Source: an uncultured Gammaproteobacteria bacterium (GTDB lineage: Bacteria > Pseudomonadota > Gammaproteobacteria > UBA9214). Taken from it: a stretch of DNA of 64,000 nt. The stretch is taken from contig CAVYZN010000027.1 in assembly GCA_963773065.1 (NCBI GenBank), forward strand, positions 93,830-157,829, read 5' to 3'. Below the pieces are notes generated by a model, which worked only from the letters and a program-made list of their open reading frames with translations, had not been told where the DNA came from and did no database searches. This document shows, in pieces, positions 51,348 through 64,000 of this stretch; positions within the stretch are counted from its first letter, which is position 1; every line of letters starts with the position of its first letter. Made by a program: the position numbers and the translations under genes.

Positions 51348-52676
51348 ACCGCCCCGGGTTTACCGGAGACTCCATTTCTTGAGAGGATGGGGTGATGAAC
51401 ACGTCAAAGAAATATTCACCGGAAGTTCGGGAGCGTGCGGTGCGGCTGGTGATTGAGCACGCAGGGTGAGCACGCGTCCCAGTGGGCGGCGATCGGTTCG
51501 ATCGCGGGCAAGATGGGCTGCACGGCGGAGACGCTTGCGTAAATGGGTACGCCAGGCAGAGCGCGATCAAGGGCAGCCTGGCGGTTTGACCAGTTCGGAG
51601 CGGGAACGGGTCAAAGAGCTGGAGCGCGAGAACCGTGAGCTCGGCGGGCCAATGAGAATCTTGCGCAAGGCGGCGGCTTTTTTCGCCCAGGCGGGAACTC
51701 GACCGCCGAGCGAAGTGATGGTGGCGTTTATCGACGCGCACCGGGCCGAGTACGGGGTCGAGTCGATCTGTGCGCGAGCCTGCCGATCGCCCCATCCACC
51801 TACTACGAGCAGAAGGCCCGCGAGAGGGATCCGAACGCGGTTACCGCCGCGGGCGCGGCGCGATGATCGAACTCTCGGAGGAGATCCAGTAGGTTCTGGG
51901 ACGAGAATTTCCGTGTCTACGGCGCAGAGAAGGTCTGGAAGCAACTAAACCGCGAACAGCATCGCCGTGGCGCGCTGCACGGTGGAGCGGCTGATGCGCG
52001 ATCCTCGGCCTGCACGGGGTGGTTACGTGGCCGCTCTTGCAGGACCACGACGATGACCGATGAGGCCGCCCAGCGGCCGGTGGACCGGGTGAATCGGCAG
52101 TTCACGGCCACGCGGCCTAATCAGCTATGGGTAGCAGATTTTACCTACGTCGCCACCTGGGCGGGCCTCGTCTATGTGGCCTTTGTCATCGATGTCTTTG
52201 CGCGGCGCATTGTCGGCTGGCACGTCGCCAGTTCGATGCGCACGGGATCTGGTGCTGGATGCGCTGGAGCAGGCGCTGTGGTCGCGCACTGGGACGGACG
52301 ATGTCTGGTGCATCACAGCGACCGGGGCAGTCAGTACCTGTCGATCCGCTATACGCGAGCGCCTGGCGGAAGCAGGCAATTGAGTCATCGGTTGGCAGCC
52401 TCGGTGATTCCTATGACAACGCCCTGGCCGAGACCGATCATAGGTCTGTACAAGACCGAGGTCATCCGTCACCGCGGCCCCTGGCGGCACATCGATGCGG
52501 TCGAGTACGCCACCCTGGAGTGGGTTGACTGGTTCAATCACCGTCGGTTACTGGAGCCATCGGTTACGTGCCACCAGCGGAGTTGGAACAGGCGTTTCTA
52601 TTATCGTCAACTGGAAGAGTCGGCCATGGCGGCCTGACTCAAACAACCGAGTCTCCGGAATTCCCGGGGCGGTTCA
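51345..52676 (+). mobile_element. IS3-family IS (IS51/IS629-like)
   Basis: TGAACCGCCCCGGG...CCCGGGGCGGTTCA inverted repeats, GGAC duplication, OrfA HTH and OrfB WVADFTYV/HHSDRGSQY fragments. Confidence 0.93.
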
Positions 52677-52747
52677 GGACTGGACGTGAGCACCGTGAAT
52701 GCTCATGCGCTCAAGTTAATTACCTCGCGCAGTCATGGAGAAGTCCT

Positions 52748-53052
52748 ATGGAGGATGAGATAAAGCAGAACCTGCGCAATCGTGATACTTGGTGGCGCGC
52801 ACTTTATATATTGCTGTTTATGGTTATCTATGGTGTTGCCGAGTTTGTCATCGGCGCGGTGGTGCTGTTCCAGCTCTACTCCGTGTTATTTACCGGCTAT
52901 ACCAATGAGAGACTGCTGACGCTGGGGCAGAATCTCACACGTACGTTTACCAGATTACGCTCTTTCTTACCTTTAACAGCGACGAGCACCCCTATCCGTT
53001 CGGAGATTGGCCAGACGGTCCGCCCACCGAATTCGACGATGAGCCTGTCTGA
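52748..53052 (+). CDS. DUF4389-like membrane protein (frameshift)
   Basis: TWWRALYILLF...NERLLTLGQNL then YQI..FLTFNSDEHPYPF.DWP. Confidence 0.75.
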
Positions 53053-53380
53053 GCAAACTGTGCATACGAGCGGTGGGTGTTAAATGCTACGCAGAGTTGA
53101 TCAGTTGGCTGGCTGGTCGCAATCTCTCGACTATACTTGCACCTAAGCTAGGGGGGCGGGGTTCTAGCCAGTTTCTGTGTGCGCAAAAACAAACTCTTGG
53201 CTAAGTTGCTTGGCGGTCAACCGCCGGCTTCATGCGCTGTTTCTCGGAAGCCGGTTTTCCGATTAATGATTGCCGGTGCGTCTGCCGGAGATATGGCGGT
53301 AAAGATACCCAGGGCAAGGACAGGATTCAGCTTTAGGTATCTTAATTTTTTCAGTGTTTAAACAACGAGGAGATTTCAAC

Positions 53381-54015
53381 ATGGAAAAACCAACAAAACT
53401 GATTCTGTCTGCCGTACTGGCAGTATCCCTGCCGGCCGCGGCGTTCGCTGCCGGACTACAGCAAGAAATGGAAAAAATGCCGCCGGATACGACACATCTC
53501 TACCCGACGCCAGCACAGATCGACACGAGCAGGCTGATCGAGGCGACGGCCACGGTAGAGGCCATAGACCTGGCCAATCCACTGGTCACCCTCAAGGGCC
53601 CCGAAGGCCGGATGGTTACCATCAGGGCAGGCGAAGAGGTGAAGAATCTTGCCCAGATTAAGGTCGGCGACAAGGTCAACATCAAGTACTATGAAGGCAC
53701 GGCGCTTAATATCCACAAGCCCGGCGAGGCGCAACCCGAGTTGGGGACAACGGTTACCGGGGGAGTGACCCGGACCGCACCCCCCGGAGCGAAGCCCGCC
53801 GCGAAAGCCGAGAATGTGGTCACGAGAACCGTTGAAATCATGTGGGTCGACCCCTACAAGAAAACCATCTCCTTCGCGCACCCGACAAAGGGTACCGGAC
53901 CGTCTCGGTGAAGGACACGCACCTGGAGCATTACCTCAAGGAATTGAAGGAAGGTGATGTCGTGGAGGTGGTCAGCACGGAGTCCCTGGCGATTGCGGTG
54001 GAACCGGCGAAGTAG
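53381..54015 (+). CDS. Secreted hypothetical protein with tandem OB-fold-like repeats (frameshift)
   Basis: ATVEAID...VTLKGPEG...NLAQIKVGDKV.IKYYE and second repeat LKEGDVVEV. Confidence 0.65.
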
Positions 54016-54582
54016 CAGGCGAAGCACCGGCGCCCTGCCGGTAAGATAGGCACACAGGTGGCCTGCCGGTTGACAAACCGGTGGGCCACTTGTGACGTTC
54101 CCCGGCTGCTCATAGACACACGGGGCGTCCACAAAAGACTTGCCGGCGATCGCGGAGTGTTTGCGATCGGGTTTCGTCAGCGGTTGTGAGTGCGGCTGGC
54201 GGCAGCCGGCCTGGCTGCGTGCCGCCCTGGACAGCGAGGATCGCAGCATCCGGCTGTATAACCTCGCCACCGGCATGCTCGCACTCGAAAACCGTGAGGA
54301 TCATCCCCATCTGCGCATTGACAGCGAGAGTGACAAAGGCCGCCGTTCCATTTTTTTTCGACTAACGGGTTCGCAACGGCGGCTTTGGTGGTCCTGCTGG
54401 GCGCCGGGCACACCCTGACTATGTTCAGCGATCCTGGCGGCACCGGCATGGCCTGGCGGGTGATGACGATCTCTTCATTGTGTCGAAGATCTGAGTAACG
54501 GCTGTTGCTTTCCAGAGGGCAGGTGTTACCGGTCCCTCAGGACCGAGCAGCGGCGTCGGAGAGACTATACTTGTTTAATTAA

Positions 54583-54692
54583 GGAATCTCCGAACAAGTC
54601 ATCCCCGCGAAAGCGGGATCCAGTAACATACTGATCCTGGGCAGACTGGATTCCCGCTTTCGCGGGAATGACAGGCTTAATCAGAGTTACCT
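54583..54692. mobile_element. MITE-like element, inverted relative of 22489-22599
   Basis: GTCATCCCCGCGAAAGCGGGA...ATTCCCGCTTTCGCGGGAATGAC with similar flanks. Confidence 0.6.
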
Positions 54693-54753
54693 TGAAGGAT
54701 TTCACAAACCTCCCTGCCGTGTCAGGGAATGTAATGACAAAGGAGAAAAACCC

Positions 54754-55320
54754 ATGAAACTGCAATTACGTACTTATCTTGTTTTCCTGCTGCTGGCCGT
54801 ACCCTTCGCCCAGGCCTGGGCGGACGAATACACTGACACAATCAAGGTCTTCAAGGACGCCGGCGAGAGCGGCAGCTTCTTCGCCAAGAGTTACGGCTAC
54901 GCCGTGTTCCCCACCATCGGCAAGGGCGGCATCGTCGTCGGCGGGGCCTATGGCAAGGGCCGGGTCTACGCCAAAGGCAATTACGTCGGCGACACCTCGG
55001 TGACCCAGTTGAGCGTGGGTTTCCAACTGGGGGGTCAGGCCTACAGCCAGATCGTCTTCTTCGAGGACAAGCGCGCCTTCGATGAATTCACCAGCGGCAA
55101 ATTCGAATTCGGCGCTCAGGCCTCGGCGGTGGCGATTACCGCGGGTGCTTCGGCCGAAGCCACGACCACCGGGAGTTCCGCCGGCGCCAGCGGCGGTAAA
55201 CACGATGCGACCACGGTGGGCAAATACTACAAGGGCATGGCCGTCTTCACCGTGGCCAAGGGCGGGTTGATGTATGAAGCCAGCATAGGCGGACAGAAGT
55301 TCAGCTATACACCGAAATGA
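54754..55320 (+). CDS. Ysc84/SYLF-like secreted protein
   Basis: GYAVFPTIGKGG..VGGAYGKG, GFQLGGQ, KGGLMYEASIGGQKFSY. Confidence 0.82.
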   Translation: MKLQLRTYLVFLLLAVPFAQAWADEYTDTIKVFKDAGESGSFFAKSYGYAVFPTIGKGGIVVGGAYGKGRVYAKGNYVGDTSVTQLSVGFQLGGQAYSQIVFFEDKRAFDEFTSGKFEFGAQASAVAITAGASAEATTTGSSAGASGGKHDATTVGKYYKGMAVFTVAKGGLMYEASIGGQKFSYTPK

Positions 55321-55495
55321 CGGGTTGGCACCGGAGTGCGGCTTCCCGTGTTTCGGACGGGATGTCATTCGGAGAGCGCAGGCAGTCGTCCGTGTCACGG
55401 GAACCCCTACTCATCACCGGGAGGAGTGGGGTTCCCGCCGGCTACCGGGTTTGCGGGTGAGTTACGCGATCGGTAGAGGAAAGACAGCAATCCGC

Positions 55496-58400
55496 ATGCG
55501 TCTTGCTGACCTGAAGCATCCCGGGTTTTACTGCCCGCGGGCCTTGCCCTCATCCTGGGTATTGGGTCTGCCGTCGTATTTCACCCCGCCTTCCAGAAAA
55601 AAATGCTGCTCGACCACGTCGGTCCGCTGGTCGACTCGCTGGAAATCGGTTACATCCTTACTCACGCCATGGTCACTGGACCTGAAGAATCTTTCCCTGG
55701 GGTATCGGGGCGGGCAGTTCTCGATCGGGGAAGGGACGTTCCGGTACTGCCTGTCGTCACTCCTTCTGTTGAATCTCAATATCAAGACCCTCGCACTCAA
55801 GGATGTCAACATCGACCTGGAGAAGTTCAAACCGCCCGAAACCGCGGAGACTAAAAGCGGTCCCTTTCCCGGTGTGCTGGCCTCACTGCAGCACGGACTC
55901 GGTTACACCCTGCAGGACATGATGATCAATGCCGCGGTTCGCCTCCCCGGGCAGCGCTCACTGACCGCGAGGATTTCAGGCGGTGGAATCAAACCGAAGA
56001 CCAACGGCGCGATCACGGTCGCGTTTCGCTTCGACACGGGTAACAAGGATGATCATATCGATGTCGATGGCCGGCTAGTTCTGGATCAGCTCACGCGGGG
56101 GCGCTTCGCGAGAATGGAAACCGCGCTCGCCATCCAGACCACGCTGGCGCAACTGCCGGAGACGGAACGCGTCGATCTGAACCTGACCGTCACACCGGCA
56201 CAGGCGGCTGCCGGCCGGCAGGAGGTGCCCACGCCCGCGGAGGATAGCAAGGTGCCGCACTACACACCCGAGGCGTTGCGCCTTGCACTGCAGCTTGATG
56301 ACAGTAAAGGGGAGAACCGCTCGGCCCTGGAACTCGAGGGCAGCTATGACGGGAATAGCGGTGGTATTGATGGCGGCTACCGGATCACGGCGAATGAGCG
56401 GCTGGTGCAGCCGTAACTCAGGGATACCGTCATACCGCCAGCCGGAGAAGTGCGTCGGGGGAGTTCAAGTTCAACAGTGCAAGCCTGACCGGTGACATGA
56501 CAATCACCAGCGACTTGCTGGTGAAGGACATCCGGGAGGTCCACGCCGACAAGAGGCTCCCCAGGATGTTGCGGCTCAGGAATAATTTTCGTGTGTCGCT
56601 GCTGCCCGGCAAGCAGTTGCGGGTCGAGACGCTGGATACGGACATGTTCGATGACGCCAACAATAAACCCCTGGCATCGAGACTTCACGGCGATCTCCAT
56701 ATTCCCATGGATGACATCGCCGCTTTCCTCCACCAGGAAAACACCCTGCTGGAATTCGAACTGCCCGGGGTGCCGCTGGCCTGGTTTGACGTGTTCCTGC
56801 CCGATTACGAAATCAGGGATGGAATCCTGAAAGCCGCCTTCGAGGTGACAACCGATGCCAGCGCCGCGATCCACATCAAGCCGGTCAAACCACTGGAGGT
56901 AACGGGGCTCACCGTCAAGCAACAGGATAGATCCCTCGTCGAGGGCCTCAATCTGTCAGTCCTGCCAAGCATAACCTATCGCGGCGATGCCCTCAGTGTC
57001 TCACTCAAAAAGCTGGTGGCTGATGCCGGCAAGGGCGCACTGGCCACCGCCGAGCTCGAAGCCACCATCCCGCTGTCGAAGCAGTCGCACGGTGACATCA
57101 CCGCACAAGCCAATGCCGATCTGGATCTGCACCGGCTGGTGGAGTTTCTCGCCATCAAACCGGCGGGCCGGGAAACACTACCCCGGCATCTCAGCCTGGA
57201 TTATGAGGCATCGCTACGGCGACAAGTCGGCTGCTGACCGTGAACAAACTGGATGCCAGCCTGTCACTGGAGCACAAGACCCGGTTGCTGCGGCTGCAAG
57301 TGCTGCAACCACTGGTCGTGGAAACCACGCAGACCGGCCGGAAACTCGGGGATACGCGCGGGCGAGCTGGCCACGCTCACCATCAGCGACATCCAACTGG
57401 ACTGGTTTTCCGCCTTCGTGCCGGCGACCACGCTGAAAGGCAAGTTGTACCGCGCGGATCTGACTCTGGCTGCTGACGCTAAGGGCGCGGCCAGCGTTAC
57501 CTGGGCAAGCCCGTCGAAATCAGCCATATCACTGTCGCCGGACCTGAGGGTCCGCTGCTCGAGGATCTCGGCATCAGCGTAAGGCCCACCGTCCGCATCG
57601 CACCGGAAGGCCGCATATCGACTACCAGGATCTCGGCGTTACCAGTCACAGGGCGCGGCTGGTTTCCGGCGGTGGCCAGATCACGCTGCCGGCATCGGCG
57701 GATAATCCCCTCGTGGCTGATGGTCACCTCAACGTCGACGTGCAGGCGCTTTCGCGGCAACCGCTCATCGCCACGGCTTTGCAGGCGGCGTTCGATGCAC
57801 CGGTGCGGCTGGAGGCGGATTACAGTCTGGCGCTTGGCGATTCCGCGATTGATATCGATCGCCTTGCGGCCAGTATCTTCTATACCGCCCCGGAACCGCG
57901 GGTGTCGCTGCAGGCTGATTCGAAACTGCGGGTACGAACCCGGCTTGGCGGGAAGCAATCGGAACTCGGCCGCACCACCGGCAAGGTCACGCTCACGCTG
58001 GCGCACCTGACGCCGGAGCCGTTTGCGAAAGTACTCAAGGCGAAGGGCCTTGCCTTCGCGGATGCAACCGGCAAGGCCGTGCTCGTCTCGAATGGCAAGT
58101 CCCTGACTGTCGATACCATCGAACCCCTCAAGATAACGGGTATCGCCGTGAACAACACGGCCGGAGCCATGCTGAACCCGTTCACCCTGGCGGTGGATTC
58201 GGAAACGACCCTGCAGGGCGATACCTTGCAGGCAAGTCTGGGTGCGCTCAGCATCGCCTTCGATCGCGACAAAGGTGCGCATGCCCTCGATGCGCGCGCC
58301 GACCTGACGCTGAAAGCCGCCGGTGATGCCGTCAGGTTGGATGCCCTCAATGCCGATCTGTCGGCATTATTGCCGCAGTCCTCGATCAGCCCGCGATCCT

Positions 58401-59813
58401 GCCCGGCCACACCCTGACGGCCGGCAAGCTCACGGCAAACGTGCGGGTGGATACGAGCGGGAAGCTCACCGCGACCACCCGGATCCAGGATTTACAGGCC
58501 AAGAAAGAGCTGGCGCTGCGGACGCTTGAACTGGACGTCAACGGGCGGCTTGCCCCCGATGGCGGCTTTACCCTCTCGCGCCCCTCAAGGAACAGGGCAA
58601 GTCCGGTGACAGCGATATCCAGGTGAAGGCCGCGTATGCGCCCACGGGCGGCAGCAACAAGGTCGTGGATATCGCCATCGACAGCACGGTGTTCTATCTC
58701 AATGACATCCTAAACACGCTGAACGCCATCGCGGGGAAAAAGGCCGCCGCTCCTCCGGGGGAACAAAGCCGGCGGCCGCGGAGAACCCGGCGGAGCAGGC
58801 AGATGAGAAGCCGGCCCTCGACCTCAAGCCGGATGCGCGCGCCTTCTGGGACACGAGCGACTATGACGCGCGGGTGAAATTGAAACTCGATCGCCTCTTC
58901 TACACGGATTATCTCGAGTTCCGCGACATCCAGGGCCAAGCCACCCTGCTGCCCGACAAACTCGAATTCAATGGTTTTGCGGCGCATTTCCACGAGGGCC
59001 CGATGACGCTCGACGGGTGGATGAGCTTTACCCCCGGCGAGACACCCTACGGCCTGAAGTTTTGGGCCGGTGTGGAGCGGTTCGACCTGGCCAAGTTTTT
59101 CCGGGACTCATCCCCGGCTCCACGCCGCGCGCGGAAGGGCTCTTCGATGTTAGTCTCGATGCCTTCGGCGCCTCGCCCAACCTGCCCCAGTATCGCAACA
59201 ACCTATACTTCGACATGCGCCTGCGAAGCCGCGATGGCGACTCCCGCCCGTTCAATCCGAACAGTGCGCTCTTCGCCACAAGTTCCGGCTTCGCGGGGGT
59301 ATTCGGGGAGGGCGTGTCCAATCTTCCCACCGGCCTTTTCGGTCTGGGCGCCTTCTCGCGGCTGGTCAACTACATGAAGGAAATCCGGTACGACAAGATC
59401 GATATCCACCTGTCCGGGTAAATCGCGCGACGTGCAGATCAAGGAATACGCCGTCCAGAGTCCCAATATCCTGATGACCGCAACGGGCGGTATCACTTAC
59501 CGGGAAGGCGTCGATATCGTCGACAGTCCCCTGTCCATGGAGGCCAGGCTCGATATCGCGCGCGCGGCGCGGCCATTCTCTACAGCCTGGGCCTGCTGCA
59601 GCCGGAACAGGACGACTACGGTTACTGGAAGGGCCCCGTCTTCAAGGTCTGGGGAAAGATCGCCAAATCGGAGTCAATCTCGACGACATCATCAGCGAGG
59701 CGGGCCGTGGCGCGGTGCTGGGCGGCATTACCCGCCCGGTTTCCGGGCTGTGGGGCAACCTCAAGTACTGGTGGTTCGACGGCGACAAGGCGCCGATCGA
59801 GTACAACAAATAG
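55496..59813 (+). CDS. Large AsmA-like envelope protein (~1400 aa), many frameshifts
   Basis: N-terminal TM anchor followed by long amphipathic beta-rich fragments in successive frames. Confidence 0.5.
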
Positions 59814-60414
59814 CGATTCTGAGTTTTCGGGCTAAGGCCTGCTCGCGGCCGGAATTAGCGTATTCCTTGGGCACATCCCGGGTCGCGGACTCGATATGAA
59901 TTTCTTCCGCTTGGTTCAGCTCCATGGGTATAGCCTTACGCCGTCGATCGGGTATGCCGCGAGCGTAATAAGGTGGCAAACCCTGCTTGGTGGCCCTCAC
60001 GCGCCTGTCTGGTTTTTTTCTTCGTTCCTTCATAGAGGTCATCTCATTTGTCCTCACTGCAATGCAGTCGATACCTTTCGAACAAGAAAAACGGGACCGT
60101 CTATTGAACGAAAGTCGTATACGGAATAAACCGGGACCCGATCAGCGACAAGCGAGCCTACACCGTAGCCAAAGGCGGGTTGACGTAGGAAGCAAAGCGC
60201 CATTGGCTCGATCTCCATAGCCTTATGGTTATCCAGAGGGTCTGTCATCAAACTGTAACATTAATGTCATATACATTGACCGATCCGGAATTCAACCGTG
60301 CCGGACAGAACAACGAATCACGGGGTCCGATCCCTGAAATGACCCGCCTGCCTGGAGGCCGGGGATCCGCAAACGCGGGGACATTTCGTCATCACTCATT
60401 CGGGGAAAAACATC

Positions 60415-61057
60415 ATGAACACCGAGTCTGGACTCAAGAATACGCCCTCGGCCGGTAACACGGGGGGTTACGCGGGGAAAATCGGCGCAGCCGGCGCCGC
60501 AGTCAAATCAGGGATAGTCAACAGCCTGCGCGGCATAGACGAAATCGAGGCCGAGATCGTCAGCCTGGTGAGCGACACCATCTCTAATTCCATCAAGACC
60601 TCCGGGGCTCTGTCCGCCGAAACCGTCGCCATGGTGCACGATGTGGTGCAGGGCGCCATTTCCGCCACCGAAGAGGTCGGGGGAACAGGGACTGGTGCTC
60701 GCGACCAAGAGCCTGGCCAAGGGTGTGATCATGGGTGTCGGGGACGTGGGTGGCGATGTGATCATGGCCGCCCGGGAGACCGCCAGGGCGGCGGTGAGCA
60801 GCGCAGCCGAGGTGGGCGGTGACCTGGCCATGGTGGCGCGCCGCGCAGTGGATGGCGTGATCGAGGCGACCGCCAGGAGACCGGCGGTAACGCGGCCGAG
60901 ATCGCCAAGGCCGCCGCCGGCGGCGCCGTGGAGGCCGCCGGCGCCATCCAGCAATACGGCGGTCGCGACTGTGCGGGATGTACTGGTAGGGATCGCGGGT
61001 GGCATCGAGGATGTCGTCGGCGCCGTGTTGCCCAAAACCATTAAACCGGGCGCCTAA
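60415..61057 (+). CDS. Ala/Gly/Val-rich repetitive hypothetical protein (frameshifts)
   Basis: Repeats such as VQGAISATEEVG, AKGVIMGVGDVGGD, AVSSAAEVGGD. Confidence 0.6.
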
Positions 61058-61566
61058 AGAATCCTGAGTTGTTCATGACGCAGGATACGCCGAGGCCTGC
61101 GCCGCGGAGCGTTGCGCTTTTCCGGGAACGCCTTCCGTGGTGATGCGAGACGTGCCGAGACCGATGACATCTGACGACGTGTTGCCGAACAACAACCACG
61201 ACACGGTCAAATGGCATTTGGTGAGAAGCATTCCGCGCGCGTGCCTCCCGATGAAAGCGTGGGCCTCAGCGCTCCCTGGCCTGGTGGGCAACGCCTTCGA
61301 CTTCGCCGGCACGGCCGATGACCATTGGTCTGGGTTTCCCCTTGATCCTTTCCAGGCTGGGTAAAGATCCGGCCTTAGGCAGCGGCCCCCTCGCCACCAT
61401 CATTCAGGACGTGCTCAGTCTGATCATCTATTTCACGGTGATCACGTTGCTGGTGTCGTAAACGCTGGCCTGGTCGGGTCTGTGCTAACCTAGTAACAAC
61501 CTCGGCGCCAGGCGTTACTGCTCCCCGACAGATGCCAACCCGTCCCGACCGGTACCGACAGCCCCA

Positions 61567-64000
61567 TGATCCAGCCGGGGCAATAACAGCAAACGCGCGG
61601 GCGTGGGTCTCGAGGTCGTGCATGTGCAGGTCGCAGGGACGCGCCCGCTTCCGTTCGCCGCAGTTGCGGGGGGCCGCCGGTATGGCGCGGCGGCTGCGAA
61701 ACGCGGTTGCGGGCCATCCCGGTTTTCCAGGCCAGTCGGGTCAGTCATCTGACCGGCGGCGGTTCCTCCTCCTGTTCGATCCCGCCGTTCCCATGCGCAC
61801 TGTCCGGGAGACCGTTTACCTGGAACTTGCCGAGGGTGTCGCGGCAGCGGGAACCGATGCCGCTGCGGCCCCTGTCCGTACCGAACGCCGATCGGATGCG
61901 CTCATTACGGCGACCCGCAGGGCTGAGCGACCACGCGGGCTGCCGTGTCCAGAAAGACCGCCTCGCACCACCGCCGTTCGCTGGCACTACGAGACCGTTC
62001 ATTGCGTGCTGGAACTCACCAACAGCTCGCCGACAAGCGGGTTGGGCAAGGGGATGAGGCCGCCGGACGGCTGCTCCGGCGTGGAAAGAATAGCCTTGCG
62101 GTATCTGCGGGACGCTCCTCACTCGACATGATGTTATCCCAGATCACCTCCGTGCCCGTGCTATTGCTCGGCGCGTCCGCGGGGGTGGCGATACTCACCG
62201 GGGGACTGGCTGATGCCGCGGTCATCCTGGCGGTGGTAGTGGTCAACGCCGGTATCGGGTTCATTACCGAATCCTACGCGGAGAACACCATCAACGCCCT
62301 TACCCACGTCACCTCGGGTAACGCCGCGGTCGTGCGCGATGCGACAGTGCAAATCATTGCCGCGGAATTGGTCGTTCCCGGCGATATACTTGTGCTCTGG
62401 CCCGGCAACCGGGTGGCCAGGCCCAGATGCGCGTCTGGTGCGCACCCGGGATTGTTCGGTCGACGAATCGATGCTGACGGGGGAGAGTTTTTCCGGTCAT
62501 CAAATCGGCCGAGGTAGTCGGAACAGCGGACACGCCGCTCGGTGACCGGCATTGCATGGTTTGGCGTGGGAACCCTGGTTACCGGCGGCAGCGGACTGGC
62601 GGTTGTTGTCGCTACGGGCCCGGTTACCGAGATCGGACAGATTCAGGACCTGGTGGGAGAGACCCGCGCGCCGCAAACGCCGATGCAGCGCCAGGGCTCG
62701 ATCGGATGGGCCGGCGAGTTCGCCATCCTGAGTACCGCTGTCTGTGCGGGCGTATTCGGCATCGGGCTAGTACGCGGGTACGGGTGGCTTGAAATGCTCA
62801 AGTCCTCGATATCGCTTGCCGTCGCCGCCGTGCCCGAAGGGCTGCCCACGGTAGCCACGACCACGCTCGCGCTGGGCATGCGGCAATTGCGGCGCAAGGG
62901 CGTCCTGATCCGACAGCGACTGGACGCCGTTGAAACGCTCGAGCTGGGTCCCGGCCATCTGTCTGGACAAGACCGGCACATTGACCGAGAACCGCATGGC
63001 GGTCATCAACATCCACGCGGGAGAACACTCCATCGCAATAGCAGGGCGGAGAGTTCTTCGATGCCGGTACCCGCGTCGCTCCCGCGTCGCTGCAAGCCGT
63101 GCGCCAGGTGCTCGTTATCGGCGCTCTGTGCAACGAATCGGAGCCCGACCCCGGCATCGGAGTCTACAACGGCTCCGCCCAACCGAAAACGCCCTCCTCG
63201 AAGCGGCCTACCCTTGCCGGCATCGAACCTGCGGCGCTGCGCACGCATATGCCACGCCTGCAAATACAGTATCGCGATGAAAATCACCAATACATGAGCC
63301 ACCTGCATGCCGCGCCCGAGGGCGGCTACCTCAGGGCCGTCAAGGGAAGTCCCGCCGAGGTCATCGGGCTGTGCCGCTGGAAACAGGTCGATAGCGCCTT
63401 AATCGAGCTCTCGGACGACGAACGAGCGACACTTCTCCGGGACAACGAGGCCCTGGCTGGCAATGCGCTGCGCGTGCTGGGCTCGCCTGCGCCAGCGCAC
63501 CGACACCCGACAACCAGCGAGTTCGACGAACTCATCTGGTTGGGCATGGTGGGCATCGCCGACTGTTACCCGTCCCGGCATGCCGGAACTGATGCGATTG
63601 TTTCATCGGGCGGAGTATCGCACCCTCATGATTACCGGTGATAAAGACGCCACCGCCTATGCGATCCGGCAAGGAACTCAAGCTCGGCGACGGCGATCCC
63701 GTCCAGATCCTGACTAAAACGGCTGGATAAAGCATTTCGATCCCGAGCTGCTGGCCGGTCTGGTACAAGAAAACCCACGTATTCGCTCGCGTAAGCCCTA
63801 CTCACAAGTTGCGTATCGTGCAGGCGCTGCAGCGCGCCGGCGGAGTGGTGGCGATGACGGGCGACGGCATTAACGACAGCCCAGCGCTACGCGCCGCCGA
63901 TATCGGCATCGCCATGGGCGATGGCGGAACCGAGGCGGCCCGCACGGTGGCGGACGTGATCATCGAAGATAACAATCTCCACAGCATGGTGACCGCCGTT
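61567..64000 (+). CDS. Type II cation-transporting P-type ATPase with N-terminal HMA2-like domain, frameshifted, runs off the right edge
   Basis: [46 protein letters not shown]; N-terminal GRARFR motif. Confidence 0.85.

Overview
High-GC chromosomal window from a denitrifying gammaproteobacterium (inferred from the uvrY-uvrC-pgsA-tRNA Gly/Cys/Leu synteny and a VPxPA-CTERM tail). Many genes are broken by single-base indels, most densely after 50 kb, which looks like uncorrected long-read error. Left: fadI/fadE, a DNR-type regulator, and a DNR-box-preceded operon for a B-family-derived heme-copper enzyme with Gln replacing the active-site Tyr (eNOR-type NO reductase), plus ctaB, SCO, a cytochrome b/ferredoxin/MvhD fusion and a hemerythrin. 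The minus-strand cd1 nitrite reductase cluster (nirI-S-C-F-DL-G-H-J ... nirN) is split by an ~18 kb accessory island (about 14.7-32.8 kb). The island is the most interesting part. Four secreted proteins (an FN3/PKD protein, two S8 proteases, an SGNH hydrolase) end in one near-identical TSP3 + dockerin-like module. Two small cohesin-like proteins with VPxPA-CTERM anchors sit directly behind the proteases. Together they suggest a cellulosome-like, surface-anchored protease/esterase display system. The island also holds two DUF1566 domains with DGR-like variable ends, TA modules, an ISL3, a duplicated nirJ 3' end and repeated junction motifs. Right: uvrY, NHL/thioredoxin, UDG, uvrC, pgsA, tRNAs (Leu copy degenerate), a CZB-GGDEF protein, CapA, IS3, a Ysc84-type protein, a large AsmA-like gene and a P-type ATPase. 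All family calls come from motif recognition, not database searches.
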